Shown here piece by piece: positions 41,791 to 53,253 of a DNA stretch of 64,000 nucleotides. The translations under genes and the position numbers were made by a program. Under the pieces are notes generated by a model. That model had not been told where the DNA came from. It did no database searches and worked only from the letters and a program-made list of their open reading frames with translations. Source of the DNA: Candidatus Pacebacteria bacterium CG2_30_36_39. GTDB lineage: Bacteria; Patescibacteriota; Microgenomatia; UBA1400; PJMF01. The stretch covers positions 137,789-201,788 of the forward strand of contig MNZB01000003.1 of the NCBI GenBank assembly GCA_001873435.1, read 5' to 3'. Numbering within the stretch: position 1 is the first letter of the stretch; every line of letters begins with the position of its first letter.

Positions 41791-42579
41791 ATGTTGATTG
41801 TTTTTACACTCATTCCAGTTTTAGCAATTTTGGCAGCATTATTTGTTTATAGGCACAATGGTAAAAAAGAGATTTTACGTTTTGATATGGTGCAGTTTTT
41901 TTATGCTTTTATCTTGATGCCCACTGTTTATGTGTGGTTTAAAGGTTTTTTATATTTATTATTAAAAACTGAATTAAATCAAAAAATTTCTCAACAAGAA
42001 TTGTTTTTTTACGATACTGCTTATTCTATTTTTTTCCTTTTTATCTTTGCTTTTGCTGTTATTCATTCTTTAACAAAAAGCTTTGAGCTAAAAATAAAAA
42101 AAGATCCTCTTTATGATTTGTTTGAGCATTCTGAGTACTATCATCTTTGGTTGTCTCACACCATTTTTTTTGTTGGTTCAATGATTCTATCTACTTCATT
42201 GGCTATTTTTAATATTTGGTTTGATTTGCCAATTGTATTTCCTAAAGCTATTTTCTATTTTATTCTTCTAACTACTCCATTTGTTGCTATGGCTGTTTTT
42301 AAAGTATTTAAAATTTCAGATTTTGGTGATTTTCGTTTTTTAAAATTAATGAAACTTTTTAATGGATTATTCTTTTTAATTCATGGAGTTTTGTTTATTG
42401 TTTTTGAGCCTGTTTTTATGAGTGAAAAACTTATGTATTGGTATTTGACTAATGTTTTTGGCTTCCTATCTTTGATCTCTATTTTTCATTCTCCAGAGCC
42501 AAAGCCAGATTCTTTGCGTAAGAGAATAGCTTATAAGGCTAAGGTTGTAGTTGGAAAATTAATTCATTCTAAAAAATAA
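41791..42579 (+). CDS. Hypothetical multi-TM protein
   Basis: 262 aa, about 7 hydrophobic segments. Confidence 0.7.
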   Translation: MLIVFTLIPVLAILAALFVYRHNGKKEILRFDMVQFFYAFILMPTVYVWFKGFLYLLLKTELNQKISQQELFFYDTAYSIFFLFIFAFAVIHSLTKSFELKIKKDPLYDLFEHSEYYHLWLSHTIFFVGSMILSTSLAIFNIWFDLPIVFPKAIFYFILLTTPFVAMAVFKVFKISDFGDFRFLKLMKLFNGLFFLIHGVLFIVFEPVFMSEKLMYWYLTNVFGFLSLISIFHSPEPKPDSLRKRIAYKAKVVVGKLIHSKK

Positions 42580-42611
42580 AAAAAAGAGGGCAACCAATGG
42601 TTACCCTCTTT
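42578..42611. terminator. Intrinsic terminator
   Basis: AAAGAGGGcAACCA-a-TGGTTaCCCTCTTT hairpin between convergent genes. Confidence 0.75.
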
Positions 42612-42631
42612 ACATATTTTCTTCTATATTT

Positions 42632-43423
42632 TTAACGACTTATTTCGTAAATAACGGTCACTGTTTTACTTAGTTCTTGTGAACCTGGCTCAACACCAAT
42701 ACTTTCTGCTAGATCCATACCACCTCCAGCCATTGGTAGAGCTGATTTATACATTATTGGATAAGTGCTGCCCATATATCCTTCACTAACTTGCAAGACT
42801 CTGCGGATTTTTTGCTTGGATCCTTCAAGTAGTAAATTAGCTTTTTCTTCGGCATTTGACATAGCTTTGGCTAATAATTCTCTTTCAAGTCCGTCAGTGT
42901 CGCCTGCTTGAAAATTTGGGCCATAAACATCAGTTGCTCCAGAATCCATTAGTAAAGTAGCAAAGTCAGATGCTTTGCTGATATCAGTAATAGTTACTAC
43001 TACTGTATTTGAAGCTCGCCATTTCTTCTCTGTTTTAGTTGGTCTCCCTGGATACATCATATCTATTTCTTGAGTATAAATAGGCTCCTCATACTCATAG
43101 ACACTTAGATTTTGAGTTTTAATATCTTTTGCTTCTATTCCAAAATTTTTAATTTGTTCAATTAAGCTATTGGTTTTTTCTGTTAATTCCTTAACAGCTA
43201 CTGTTTTATCTACATTTTCAGCAGTAACAGTGGCATTAAAACTAGCTTTTTGGTTTAGTTGTGAGCCATCTGCTGTGCCAGTAACAGTAATGGTTGAAGG
43301 ACTGGCTAATTGTAGCGTTCCCCATTCGAAACCTTGGTATTGAGTCCACCAGAAGGTAAGACCAATGATAGCTAATACAAATAGGGTTTTAGGAAACCCA
43401 TGAGAACAGTTTGGCATTTGCAT
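42632..43423 (-). CDS. SIMPL/DUF541 domain protein
   Basis: ITVTG, GIEAKDIKTQNLSV, A..NA.EKA, VEPG....TVTVIY. Confidence 0.88.
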   Translation of the reverse strand: MQMPNCSHGFPKTLFVLAIIGLTFWWTQYQGFEWGTLQLASPSTITVTGTADGSQLNQKASFNATVTAENVDKTVAVKELTEKTNSLIEQIKNFGIEAKDIKTQNLSVYEYEEPIYTQEIDMMYPGRPTKTEKKWRASNTVVVTITDISKASDFATLLMDSGATDVYGPNFQAGDTDGLERELLAKAMSNAEEKANLLLEGSKQKIRRVLQVSEGYMGSTYPIMYKSALPMAGGGMDLAESIGVEPGSQELSKTVTVIYEISR

Positions 43424-43469
43424 ATGCATCTACTATACCTAAATTAATAGGAAAATGCATGATGCCTAT

Positions 43470-44372
43470 TTAAGGGGAGATTTTTTGACTATATTGATTA
43501 GCAATCCAGCCTATTTGACCATCAAAATCTATGGCGAACCATTCGCCACTTTGCTCTCGATAAGGGTAGCTTTGGCCAACTTTAGCAAAACCTATTTCTG
43601 TTCCAGCTGAGCTAGGAGAATTTCTAACTCTAAGAACTTCTTGGCCCTCAACAAAAAAACCAGTGCTTAGGATTTGCACTTTTGCATCGCTATTTCCAAG
43701 CAAGCTACTAGTATTTGGTTTGGCAGAGTCTGTTGCAATACCTGTTTCAGTGGCTTCTGGATTTGTTTCTGCTGGAATATTGGGAATTATTTCTTGCGGT
43801 GGGACTATTGGAGTGAGCTCTTTGCCCAGAATGATTGTGAGTTTAATTGAGTGGTTTTTAATGACATTAACCGCTCGTTGCTGAGTTTGATATGAAGGTA
43901 AGCTTACTTCAAAAGTATGATTGCCTTCAGATACATCCATGGTCAATGGACTGAATTGTTTAGTGCCTTCATCAACAGTTATGATGGCATTATTAGGGAT
44001 GCTTTCAAATTCTAATGTAGTTTGACCATTTTTTGATTTATCCATCTCAAAAACTACACCACCAGTGGTTTCTAGGCTGCTAGATGGATTCCAATCAACA
44101 ACGGTAATCATGCCCTTGCGTAAGACTACTGGGATATCATATGGAACCAAACTTTTATCATCTGGTTGGATGCGTAAATTATAGTTTCCAGGTTTAATTT
44201 TTTTATTGATAAAAGGTGTTTTATCCAAATATTGATCGTCAAGGAAAAGACTAGCTGGGATTTCATTGGTTATGACTTGTAATCCAGCTTGTTGTTTAAA
44301 TTCCAATGGATTGCAGCCAGCTAAAAAAATACTTGTAAAGACAGCAAAAAAAAGAAATAGAATTTTTCTCAT
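43470..44372 (-). CDS. PEGA-domain lipoprotein with C-terminal SH3b domain
   Basis: Lipobox FLAGC, two PEGA-like units, LRVRNSPS...GEWFAI...GWI. Confidence 0.8.
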   Translation of the reverse strand: MRKILFLFFAVFTSIFLAGCNPLEFKQQAGLQVITNEIPASLFLDDQYLDKTPFINKKIKPGNYNLRIQPDDKSLVPYDIPVVLRKGMITVVDWNPSSSLETTGGVVFEMDKSKNGQTTLEFESIPNNAIITVDEGTKQFSPLTMDVSEGNHTFEVSLPSYQTQQRAVNVIKNHSIKLTIILGKELTPIVPPQEIIPNIPAETNPEATETGIATDSAKPNTSSLLGNSDAKVQILSTGFFVEGQEVLRVRNSPSSAGTEIGFAKVGQSYPYREQSGEWFAIDFDGQIGWIANQYSQKISP

Positions 44373-44394
44373 CTGTTGATAGTGTACCAGACTT

Positions 44395-46758
44395 TTAAAG
44401 TGGTTTAACAAGAGCAATTTTGAGTACTTCTTCGATCATAGCTACTGGTTTAAAAGTAATAACTTTTTTAACTGAATCTGGAATTTTTTCCAAATCTCTC
44501 TTGTTTTCAGCTGGAATGATAATAGTTGTAATGCCAGCTCGGTGAGCTGCAATGCTTTTCTCTTTTAGACCACCAATTCTTAAAACTTTTCCTCTTAAAG
44601 TAATTTCTCCGGTCATAGCAACTGTGCGTTTAACTGGGATTTTTGTTAAAGCAGATACTAAGGCTGTGGTTAGGGTTACACCGGCAGAAGGTCCATCTTT
44701 TGGTACTGCTCCCTCTGGAACATGGATGTGGATATCTGTTTCTTCTATTTTCTTTTGAGTTATTTTTAATTCTTTGAGATGGGATTTGACAAAAGTTAAA
44801 GCTGCTTGAGCAGATTCTTTCATTACATCTCCTAATTGGCCAGTGAGCTGAATTTTTCCTTTACCAGGAGAAAGAGCTACTTCGATAAAAAGAATATCTC
44901 CCCCCACTGGTGTCCATGCTAATCCTGTGGCTGCACCAGTTAAGTTTTTCTTTTCAGCTAGTCCCTCATCGTAGTCTTTTGGTCCTAAGAATTTTTTTAA
45001 ATCCTTGGTTTCAATGGCAATCTTCTTTTTACGTGGTTTGAGCACTAATTCTTTGGCAACTTTTCTGGCTAAATTATGGATGGTTCTTTCCAGACTGCGA
45101 ACACCAGCTTCTCTGGTATAACCAGAAATAATGGCTTCAATGGTGGCTGTAGGAATAACAACATTTTCCATACTTAGGCCATTACTGGTTACTACTTTTT
45201 CCAATAAGTGTTTTTCAGCAATTTGTAGTTTTTCTTCAGGAGTGTAGCCAGAATATCTAATTATTTCCAAACGATCTCTTAGAGCTGGAGGAATAGTATC
45301 AAGAGTGTTTGCAGTGGTAATAAAAATAGTTTGTGAGAGATCAAATGGTAAATCTAAATAGTGATCCACAAATTCTTTGTTTTGTTCTGGATCTAGAACT
45401 TCTAGTAAGGCAGACGCAGGATCACCCCTGAAGTCATTACCGATTTTGTCTATTTCATCTAGCATAAAGACTGGATTCATAGATTGAGCTTGTTTGATGC
45501 CAGCAATAATTTTTCCAGTCATAGCACCAACATAAGTTTTGCGATGGCCTCTTATTTCGGCTTCATCTCTAATGCCACCAAGAGAAACTTTAACAAATTT
45601 TCGATTTAAAGCTTCTGCGATAGAACGACCGATGCTGGTTTTACCAACTCCGGGTGGTCCAACAAAACATAAGATTGTAGGAGTTTGTTGTTTATTGTTT
45701 TTGATATTTTTTTGCTGTAGTTGTAATACAGCGATATATTCAAGAACTCTATCTTTTACTTCTTGTAGGCCATGATGGTGGAGATCAAGAATTTTTGCTG
45801 ATTCTTTTAAATCAACTTTGTTATTAGTAGTTTTTCCCCAAGGTAAATCAAAAACTATGTCCAACCAAGATCTAATATATCCACTTTCTGGATTATTAGG
45901 AGACATTTGTCTTAAGCGTTTAACTTCTTTTTTTATTTTTTGTTTAGTTTCGGCATCAACTTTTAGTTTTTTAAGTTTAGCCAAATACGCATCAGCTGCC
46001 TCATCTTCATCATCTATTTCGCCTAGTTCTTTTTGAATAGTTCTTAGGCGTTCGCGCAAAATTGTTTCACGCATATGTTTATCAAATTGTTCTTGAGTTT
46101 TGAAAACAACGTCTTTTTCTATTTCTAAAACTTTGATTTCTCTAGTTAAATGATGAGTTACGATTTTTAGTCTCTCTTTAACATCGATGGTTTCCAAGAT
46201 TGATTGTTTGATTGTGGTATCAATGCTTAGAGTGCTAGCAATTTGGTCTGCTAATTCTCCAGCCTTGACTCCACCAAGGAGTTTCATGAAGTTTAAAAAT
46301 TCGACTTGCTTGCCCATTTGAACAGTTTTACGGAATGATTTTTGTAGATTGTTGGCTAGGGCTTTAGTTTCATCATCACTATTTTCTATGTCATTAATTC
46401 TGATAACCTGAGCCTCTAGATATGGACTTGATTGAGTGAAATGTTGAATTTTAACTCTGCCAATTCCTCTAACTAAGGCGTTGACAATGTTTTCTGTTTT
46501 AATTGTTCTTTCAACTATGGCCAATGTTCCTACTTCATATAGGTCGCTTGGTTTTGGTAAAGCTGTGGTTGATTTTTTTTGTGCGACTAAAACAACTAGT
46601 TTTTGGGGGTTTTTTGCTGCTGCTTTTATTCCAGATAAAGAAATATCTCGACCAAAAGTTAGAACAGATTCAGTCACAGGAAATAGGATTCCCTCTTTAA
46701 GTGGGACTATTGGTAAAAGAAGTTGGCTAGTAAGGCTTTGCGAAGTTTTTTCAGTCAT
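44395..46758 (-). CDS. lon: Lon protease
   Basis: GPPGVGKT, LDEIDK, PKDGPSAG, IGGLKEK. Confidence 0.98.
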   Translation of the reverse strand: MTEKTSQSLTSQLLLPIVPLKEGILFPVTESVLTFGRDISLSGIKAAAKNPQKLVVLVAQKKSTTALPKPSDLYEVGTLAIVERTIKTENIVNALVRGIGRVKIQHFTQSSPYLEAQVIRINDIENSDDETKALANNLQKSFRKTVQMGKQVEFLNFMKLLGGVKAGELADQIASTLSIDTTIKQSILETIDVKERLKIVTHHLTREIKVLEIEKDVVFKTQEQFDKHMRETILRERLRTIQKELGEIDDEDEAADAYLAKLKKLKVDAETKQKIKKEVKRLRQMSPNNPESGYIRSWLDIVFDLPWGKTTNNKVDLKESAKILDLHHHGLQEVKDRVLEYIAVLQLQQKNIKNNKQQTPTILCFVGPPGVGKTSIGRSIAEALNRKFVKVSLGGIRDEAEIRGHRKTYVGAMTGKIIAGIKQAQSMNPVFMLDEIDKIGNDFRGDPASALLEVLDPEQNKEFVDHYLDLPFDLSQTIFITTANTLDTIPPALRDRLEIIRYSGYTPEEKLQIAEKHLLEKVVTSNGLSMENVVIPTATIEAIISGYTREAGVRSLERTIHNLARKVAKELVLKPRKKKIAIETKDLKKFLGPKDYDEGLAEKKNLTGAATGLAWTPVGGDILFIEVALSPGKGKIQLTGQLGDVMKESAQAALTFVKSHLKELKITQKKIEETDIHIHVPEGAVPKDGPSAGVTLTTALVSALTKIPVKRTVAMTGEITLRGKVLRIGGLKEKSIAAHRAGITTIIIPAENKRDLEKIPDSVKKVITFKPVAMIEEVLKIALVKPL

Positions 46759-46818
46759 AACTGACTTTCTTTGCCAGGGTTAGTATATAGAGTATTTAGA
46801 TACTCCCCTTCTAGTGGG

Positions 46819-46852
46819 TTAGCATTCTATATTTTCGTCTGCTAGATGGCAA
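46819..46852 (-). promoter_or_regulatory. lon promoter overlapped by a CIRCE-like inverted repeat
   Basis: TTGCCA-17-TAGAAT on the minus strand; TTAGCATTC-N9-GTCTGCTAG at 46819-46845. Confidence 0.6.
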
Positions 46853-46877
46853 GGTTCAAAACTTTAGAAAGCCGTTC

Positions 46878-47432
46878 TTAAGATTTTGTTCGAAACCACT
46901 TGGTTGGTTTTCCCATAATTAGGCTAGTTAAATCCAAATGAGCAATGTGGATCCACCATTCTATAAACATTTTGCTGACAAATACTATGCTGAAAACTGT
47001 GGTTACACCCCAAAGATTAAATGATTGGGGAAAGCCAACTACTACTAAGAAAACTGGTTCAAAGAGATTGGGCAGAACAAATAATAACCATTCTTTGTTA
47101 AATTTGGCAAAAGCTAAAATGCCTACTAGTCTCATGGTGAACAATCCCATGAGCAATAAATAATAAGGTGAGGTTTGTAAAAATTGATAAGTATAAAAAG
47201 CCATAGCAATGTAAAACCATAAATCAAGCCACTTATCATATACTTCATAAGTATCTCGTTGAATGCCAAATGATTCAAACATGTGGCCATCTACAGCATC
47301 AATTAAAATATTGAGCACTGCTCCCCAAAAGGGATTCCAAATCCATAATGTAATTACAGCTATTAAACGAAGAAGAGTCCAGAAACTTATGAAGAAAGAG
47401 AATTTTATTTTATTCTTTTTTTGCTTGCGCAT
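46878..47432 (-). CDS. Membrane protein, CDP-alcohol phosphotransferase-like
   Basis: DAVDG...YDKWLD resembles the DxxDG...DxxxD signature, multi-TM. Confidence 0.5.
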   Translation of the reverse strand: MRKQKKNKIKFSFFISFWTLLRLIAVITLWIWNPFWGAVLNILIDAVDGHMFESFGIQRDTYEVYDKWLDLWFYIAMAFYTYQFLQTSPYYLLLMGLFTMRLVGILAFAKFNKEWLLFVLPNLFEPVFLVVVGFPQSFNLWGVTTVFSIVFVSKMFIEWWIHIAHLDLTSLIMGKPTKWFRTKS

Positions 47433-47462
47433 TTAAACAATAGTGTAACTATAATATGCTCC

Positions 47463-48332
47463 ATGTTTCAACCATGGGTTTTATTAGTTTTGGGTGCATC
47501 CATAACTGGAGCTATCGCCAGAATTTTGCAAAAAAAAGTGATGATGAATCCAAAGCATGATTCAATGGCACTGAGTTTTTTATTTCAGTTTATGGCTGCT
47601 GTTATTTTTTTTATTTACAGTAAAGCAACTAATACTTTTGAAATTCCCAATTTATGGACTGTTTGGCCACATGTCATTGCTATGATTTTTCTTTATGCTG
47701 CTGGTAATATTCTTTCTTTTTTAGCTTTTGAACATGCCGAAGCTTCGGAGGCAAGTATTCTATTTCCTACTAGTACGATTTGGGCAGTCTTAACGGCTGT
47801 TATTTTTCTTGGAGAACAGCTTAGTGTTTGGCAAATCGTGGGAATTGCGGTCGTAATTTTGGGTATTATATTTACCTATTTTGAGAAATCGAGTTGGAGG
47901 TTTAATAAAGGTCATGTTTTTGCTTTATTGAGTTCTTTTTTATACGGAATTGCTTTTACCAATGATGTTTATATTTTGAAATTATTCCAATCAGTTTCTT
48001 CTTATATGTTTATGATTTTTCTTTTACCCTCTTTGGTAATTTTATTTTTTAAGCCAAAGCTAACCAAATCTTTGGCTTCATATTTTTCTTCAATAAAAAT
48101 TTCAAATATGCTTATTAGTGCAGTAGTGCTTTATTGTTTTTCTTCTATTGCCTATTTTACTGCTTATAAGGTTGGCGGTCAGGCTTCATTAATTTCTCCA
48201 ATATTTCAAACGAGCGTTATTCTTACGGTTTTCTTAAGTGTCTTTTTCTTGGGTGAACGCAAACATCTTTTGCAGAAGGCCATTGGTTCTTTAGTAACTA
48301 TTGCTGGGGTAATTCTTTTAATAACAACATAA
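47463..48332 (+). CDS. EamA/DMT family transporter
   Basis: Two repeats with FLGE motifs, about 10 TM. Confidence 0.9.
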   Translation: MFQPWVLLVLGASITGAIARILQKKVMMNPKHDSMALSFLFQFMAAVIFFIYSKATNTFEIPNLWTVWPHVIAMIFLYAAGNILSFLAFEHAEASEASILFPTSTIWAVLTAVIFLGEQLSVWQIVGIAVVILGIIFTYFEKSSWRFNKGHVFALLSSFLYGIAFTNDVYILKLFQSVSSYMFMIFLLPSLVILFFKPKLTKSLASYFSSIKISNMLISAVVLYCFSSIAYFTAYKVGGQASLISPIFQTSVILTVFLSVFFLGERKHLLQKAIGSLVTIAGVILLITT

Positions 48333-48339
48333 AGTTACT

Positions 48340-49593
48340 GTGAAAAAAACCTTATTGCAACGTCTTAGCATCGAATGGAGTCATTACCAAAGCATGGGTA
48401 TTAACCTTCAAAGATTAATGCTTTCCTATATTTTTTATTTAATGGCTCGTCCCCTACTAGATGTTTTTATGAGTGCTTTTTTATGGCGTCAAGCTAATGG
48501 AGCTATCTTGGTGATTATGTATTATTTGGGTTGGGTATTGGGTTTACCAGTTGGTTTTTTGATTAATGGTTTTCTTCTAAAGAAAATTCATGTTAAAAAT
48601 CTTTATTTTTTCGGGGTTGTTTTTCAAGGAGCCGGTGCTGCTTTGGCCGTTTTTTCAACAGTATTTTCTCCTTTTTCAATATTAAGTTATGGTTTTCTCT
48701 TTGGTCTGACGGCCTCATTTTTTTGGGCTAATAAGAATTCTTTAAGTTATCTATTGAGCAAGGGTAAAGATCGAATGTATTACAATTCCATAGAATCATC
48801 CTTAAGATTGGTGGTTGGAGTTGTAGTTCCAGTAATTGTTGGTTGGTTTCTGGCTTTGGGAGAAACAATTTCTTTTTATTCAGTGGCTAGTGCTTATAAA
48901 ATTATGATCGTTATCGCTTTATTTTTATTATTTGTTAGTGGGCTGTTGATGAAGTTTTCCGCTTTTGAAGATATTGGCTCAGCTCAATTATGGGTTACAA
49001 AGAAAAGTAAGAATTGGTCTATGGCTAGAGCGATCAATTTTATTTATAGCTGTTTAATGGGTATTAATCTTTTTTATCCAGCATTATTGATTTTAAATTT
49101 TGGGGCTAAGGAAGGGTTGCTGGGTACTTTGCAGTCTGTGATGCAGTTGTTGGCTGCTGGCAGTTTATATATTGCTGGCCGTAAAATGAAGGATGGCCAT
49201 GTGCTTCGCTTTATGAATGTTGCTCATTTGCTCTATTTGATAACTATGAGCTTGCTTCTTTGGCAGTTTTCTTGGTTATTTGGTTTAGTTTATTTAATGA
49301 CTCAGATTATTTTAGAATCAGTTAGATGGACCAATAGTTATACTTTAGTGATGAGTGCAATGGATGAGGAGCTCAAGGGTCAGAATGAACATGCTGGTTA
49401 TGCCTACGTTTTTGATAATGAGATATTTTTTAATTTAGGAAGAGCTGTGGGGATTTTGAGCTTTTTATCTGTGATGGCATTCTCAAATCTTGAGTTTGCT
49501 ATGCGTTGGGCTCCCCCAATCTTTATTTTGCTTCAATTCTTTTTGTATTGGCCAATGAAATATTTGTTGGAGCGTAAGGCAAAACGAATCTAG
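48340..49593 (+). CDS. MFS transporter (YqgE-like)
   Basis: About 12 TM, G....FFW.N and E.F.N.GR motifs. Confidence 0.8.
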   Translation: MKKTLLQRLSIEWSHYQSMGINLQRLMLSYIFYLMARPLLDVFMSAFLWRQANGAILVIMYYLGWVLGLPVGFLINGFLLKKIHVKNLYFFGVVFQGAGAALAVFSTVFSPFSILSYGFLFGLTASFFWANKNSLSYLLSKGKDRMYYNSIESSLRLVVGVVVPVIVGWFLALGETISFYSVASAYKIMIVIALFLLFVSGLLMKFSAFEDIGSAQLWVTKKSKNWSMARAINFIYSCLMGINLFYPALLILNFGAKEGLLGTLQSVMQLLAAGSLYIAGRKMKDGHVLRFMNVAHLLYLITMSLLLWQFSWLFGLVYLMTQIILESVRWTNSYTLVMSAMDEELKGQNEHAGYAYVFDNEIFFNLGRAVGILSFLSVMAFSNLEFAMRWAPPIFILLQFFLYWPMKYLLERKAKRI

Positions 49594-49611
49594 TTTTCAG
49601 GGAATAAAAAG

Positions 49612-49685
49612 TGGGTGTACTACGAATCGAACGTAGGACCTCTGTCTTATCAGGACAGCGCTCTAACCATCTGAGCTATACACCC
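49612..49685 (-). tRNA. tRNA-Ile(GAT)
   Basis: GGGTGTA/TACACCC acceptor, CTGTC-CTGATAA-GACAG anticodon arm, no encoded CCA. Confidence 0.97.
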
Positions 49686-49700
49686 AAAATAATAACCAGT

Positions 49701-49728
49701 ATTGTAACATGCTCGGATATTTTTGCTA
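49701..49728 (-). promoter_or_regulatory. Promoter of tRNA-Ile
   Basis: TAGCAA-16-TACAAT with extended TG. Confidence 0.55.
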
Positions 49729-50040
49729 TCTGAAATTTTCTTTTTTCTATTGTAAAACCTTGAGGTTGTTTTAGAAATAAACTTTGTATTGTTGTTAGAT
49801 TTTTTTATTAAAAATTATTAAAAAATTTTCAATAAAAAACTATCCTCTTTCCTATGAAAAATATAACCCTATCTATCAAATAATATCAAAGTATATCATA
49901 TAAAAAATAATGATATATCAATATATATTTTATAAACTAGCAATTAGCAGAGTTTGCCATTGTCTGCTAATGACCTATATTGTATTGACTATTTTAGTGA
50001 TGAATCAGGATATTATTTAATAATAGAGTAATTAAATACA

Positions 50041-50070
50041 AAAAAACCCTCAGTACTGAGGGTTGGTTTT
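50041..50070 (-). terminator. Terminator of the 16S transcript
   Basis: AACCCTCA-gtac-TGAGGGTT plus T-run on the minus strand. Confidence 0.8.
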
Positions 50071-50242
50071 GTCATCTGCTCTTTTTAAGGGCAGTGAGAC
50101 AGATGTTAACATCAGAATAAATTCTGAGCTAAACACGGTGGTGAAAAATGGCCTAGATATGGTGATCATAGGACTTGTTATTTCGAGAACATTACTGTTC
50201 TCGGGAGAAAGGAGGTCGTGATATCTCCTACCCGTTCTCCTT

Positions 50243-51773
<1,531 letters not shown>

Positions 51774-52108
51774 AAATTTATTTTTAAGTTTGAAACTGAT
51801 CTTTTTTTCTTCGTTATCTAAAAGATTTATTGTTTCTGGTTGATAATTTACCCCTGCTGGGATAAATCATCGATTTGGAATTAACGGATTCTTTTTTTAA
51901 AAAAAATCCATCAATGTAACATATTTCACCACCATGTTCATATCAGAATATGAATCCATGGTGTAAATTCTGTCTTAAGTCTATTAATTTGTTAATGTTC
52001 AACTTCTTTTTCACCGAAAAAAAGAAACAATCCCCGCTGGGGGCCGTCTCTTCTTTCCCGCGATTTGTGAATTCTATGTCATGTGACACGAATTGTGAAG
52101 TGGGAGAT

Positions 52109-52136
52109 ATTGTATCAAGTAATCATGAGATGTCAA
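52109..52136 (-). promoter_or_regulatory. rRNA promoter
   Basis: TTGACA-16-TACAAT with extended TG. The -35 overlaps the mnmA stop codon. Confidence 0.8.
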
Positions 52137-53227
52137 AGGATGATTCCACCACCACCACAGATTATCTGATTTTGAGTATCTAAATAGAAAACAGCTGATT
52201 GCCCACTGGCTATTCCATGGGTTTTTTTTGTTAATTTTACCCTGAAATGTCCGTCTTTTTTTTCAATTACTCCACTTATTCTTTCACCAGTATGGCGAAT
52301 TCTAATAGTAAGCTTTTTATTAGCTAAAAGCTCATCTTCGCTTATTCCCAAGACATGCAATTTTTCCAAAGCAAAAGAATTTTTTAGTACTTGAAGGTGA
52401 GGACCAACTACTAATTGATTAATTTTTGGTTTTTTATCAATCACATAGAGAGCTGGTAATTCACCCTTTGATAGTTCTGGATTAAGTTTTGCATATTTTT
52501 TCTTATCATAGGTAAAACCATGTCTTTGGCCTATGGTATGAAACCATAAACCATGATGTTTTCCTAAGATATTTCCAGCTTCATCAACTATTTCACCTGG
52601 TTTTTCGCCCAAATTATCTTTGAGGAATTTGGGTACATTTATATCGCCCACAAAACAAATACCAACAGAATCTTTTTTATTGGCGACTGACAACTGATTT
52701 TTTATAGCTATTTCGCGAACTTCATCTTTATTTAGCTCTTGCAAGGGAAAAACAATATGAGGTAACTGCTCGCTTTTTATTTCATAAAGAAAATATGTTT
52801 GATCTTTATGTTTATCTTTTGGTATGAGTAATTGTTTGCCGTTTGTACCAGCATAATGACCAGTAGCAACGGCTTCATAGCCGTTTTTTATTGCCCATTC
52901 ATAAAATAAACCAAATTTAATAATCTTATTACACATCACATCAGGATTGGGAGTTCGACCAGCTTGATATTCACTTAAAAAATATCCCATGACTTTTTCT
53001 TTATATTCTTTTTTGAAATCTAAAACTTGAAAAGGAAGGTTGAGTTGTAAAGCAACCTTGAGTGCGTCTTTACGATCACCTTCAGCTCTACAGCCTGGTT
53101 CGTTCCAGCACTCAATATAGGCAGTATGCACATCATAACCAGCATCTCTAAGAAGCAGAGCGCTAACGGCGGAATCAACACCACCAGAGAGGCCTAAGAC
53201 TATTTTTTTACTATCGGGTACTAACAT
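52133..53227 (-). CDS. mnmA: tRNA-specific 2-thiouridylase MnmA
   Basis: SGGVDS, PNPDVMCN, ATGHYA, KDQTYFL, DSVGICF. Confidence 0.97.
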   Translation of the reverse strand: MLVPDSKKIVLGLSGGVDSAVSALLLRDAGYDVHTAYIECWNEPGCRAEGDRKDALKVALQLNLPFQVLDFKKEYKEKVMGYFLSEYQAGRTPNPDVMCNKIIKFGLFYEWAIKNGYEAVATGHYAGTNGKQLLIPKDKHKDQTYFLYEIKSEQLPHIVFPLQELNKDEVREIAIKNQLSVANKKDSVGICFVGDINVPKFLKDNLGEKPGEIVDEAGNILGKHHGLWFHTIGQRHGFTYDKKKYAKLNPELSKGELPALYVIDKKPKINQLVVGPHLQVLKNSFALEKLHVLGISEDELLANKKLTIRIRHTGERISGVIEKKDGHFRVKLTKKTHGIASGQSAVFYLDTQNQIICGGGGIIL

Positions 53228-53253
53228 AAGTGGTCAGTATTATAGCTCAATGA

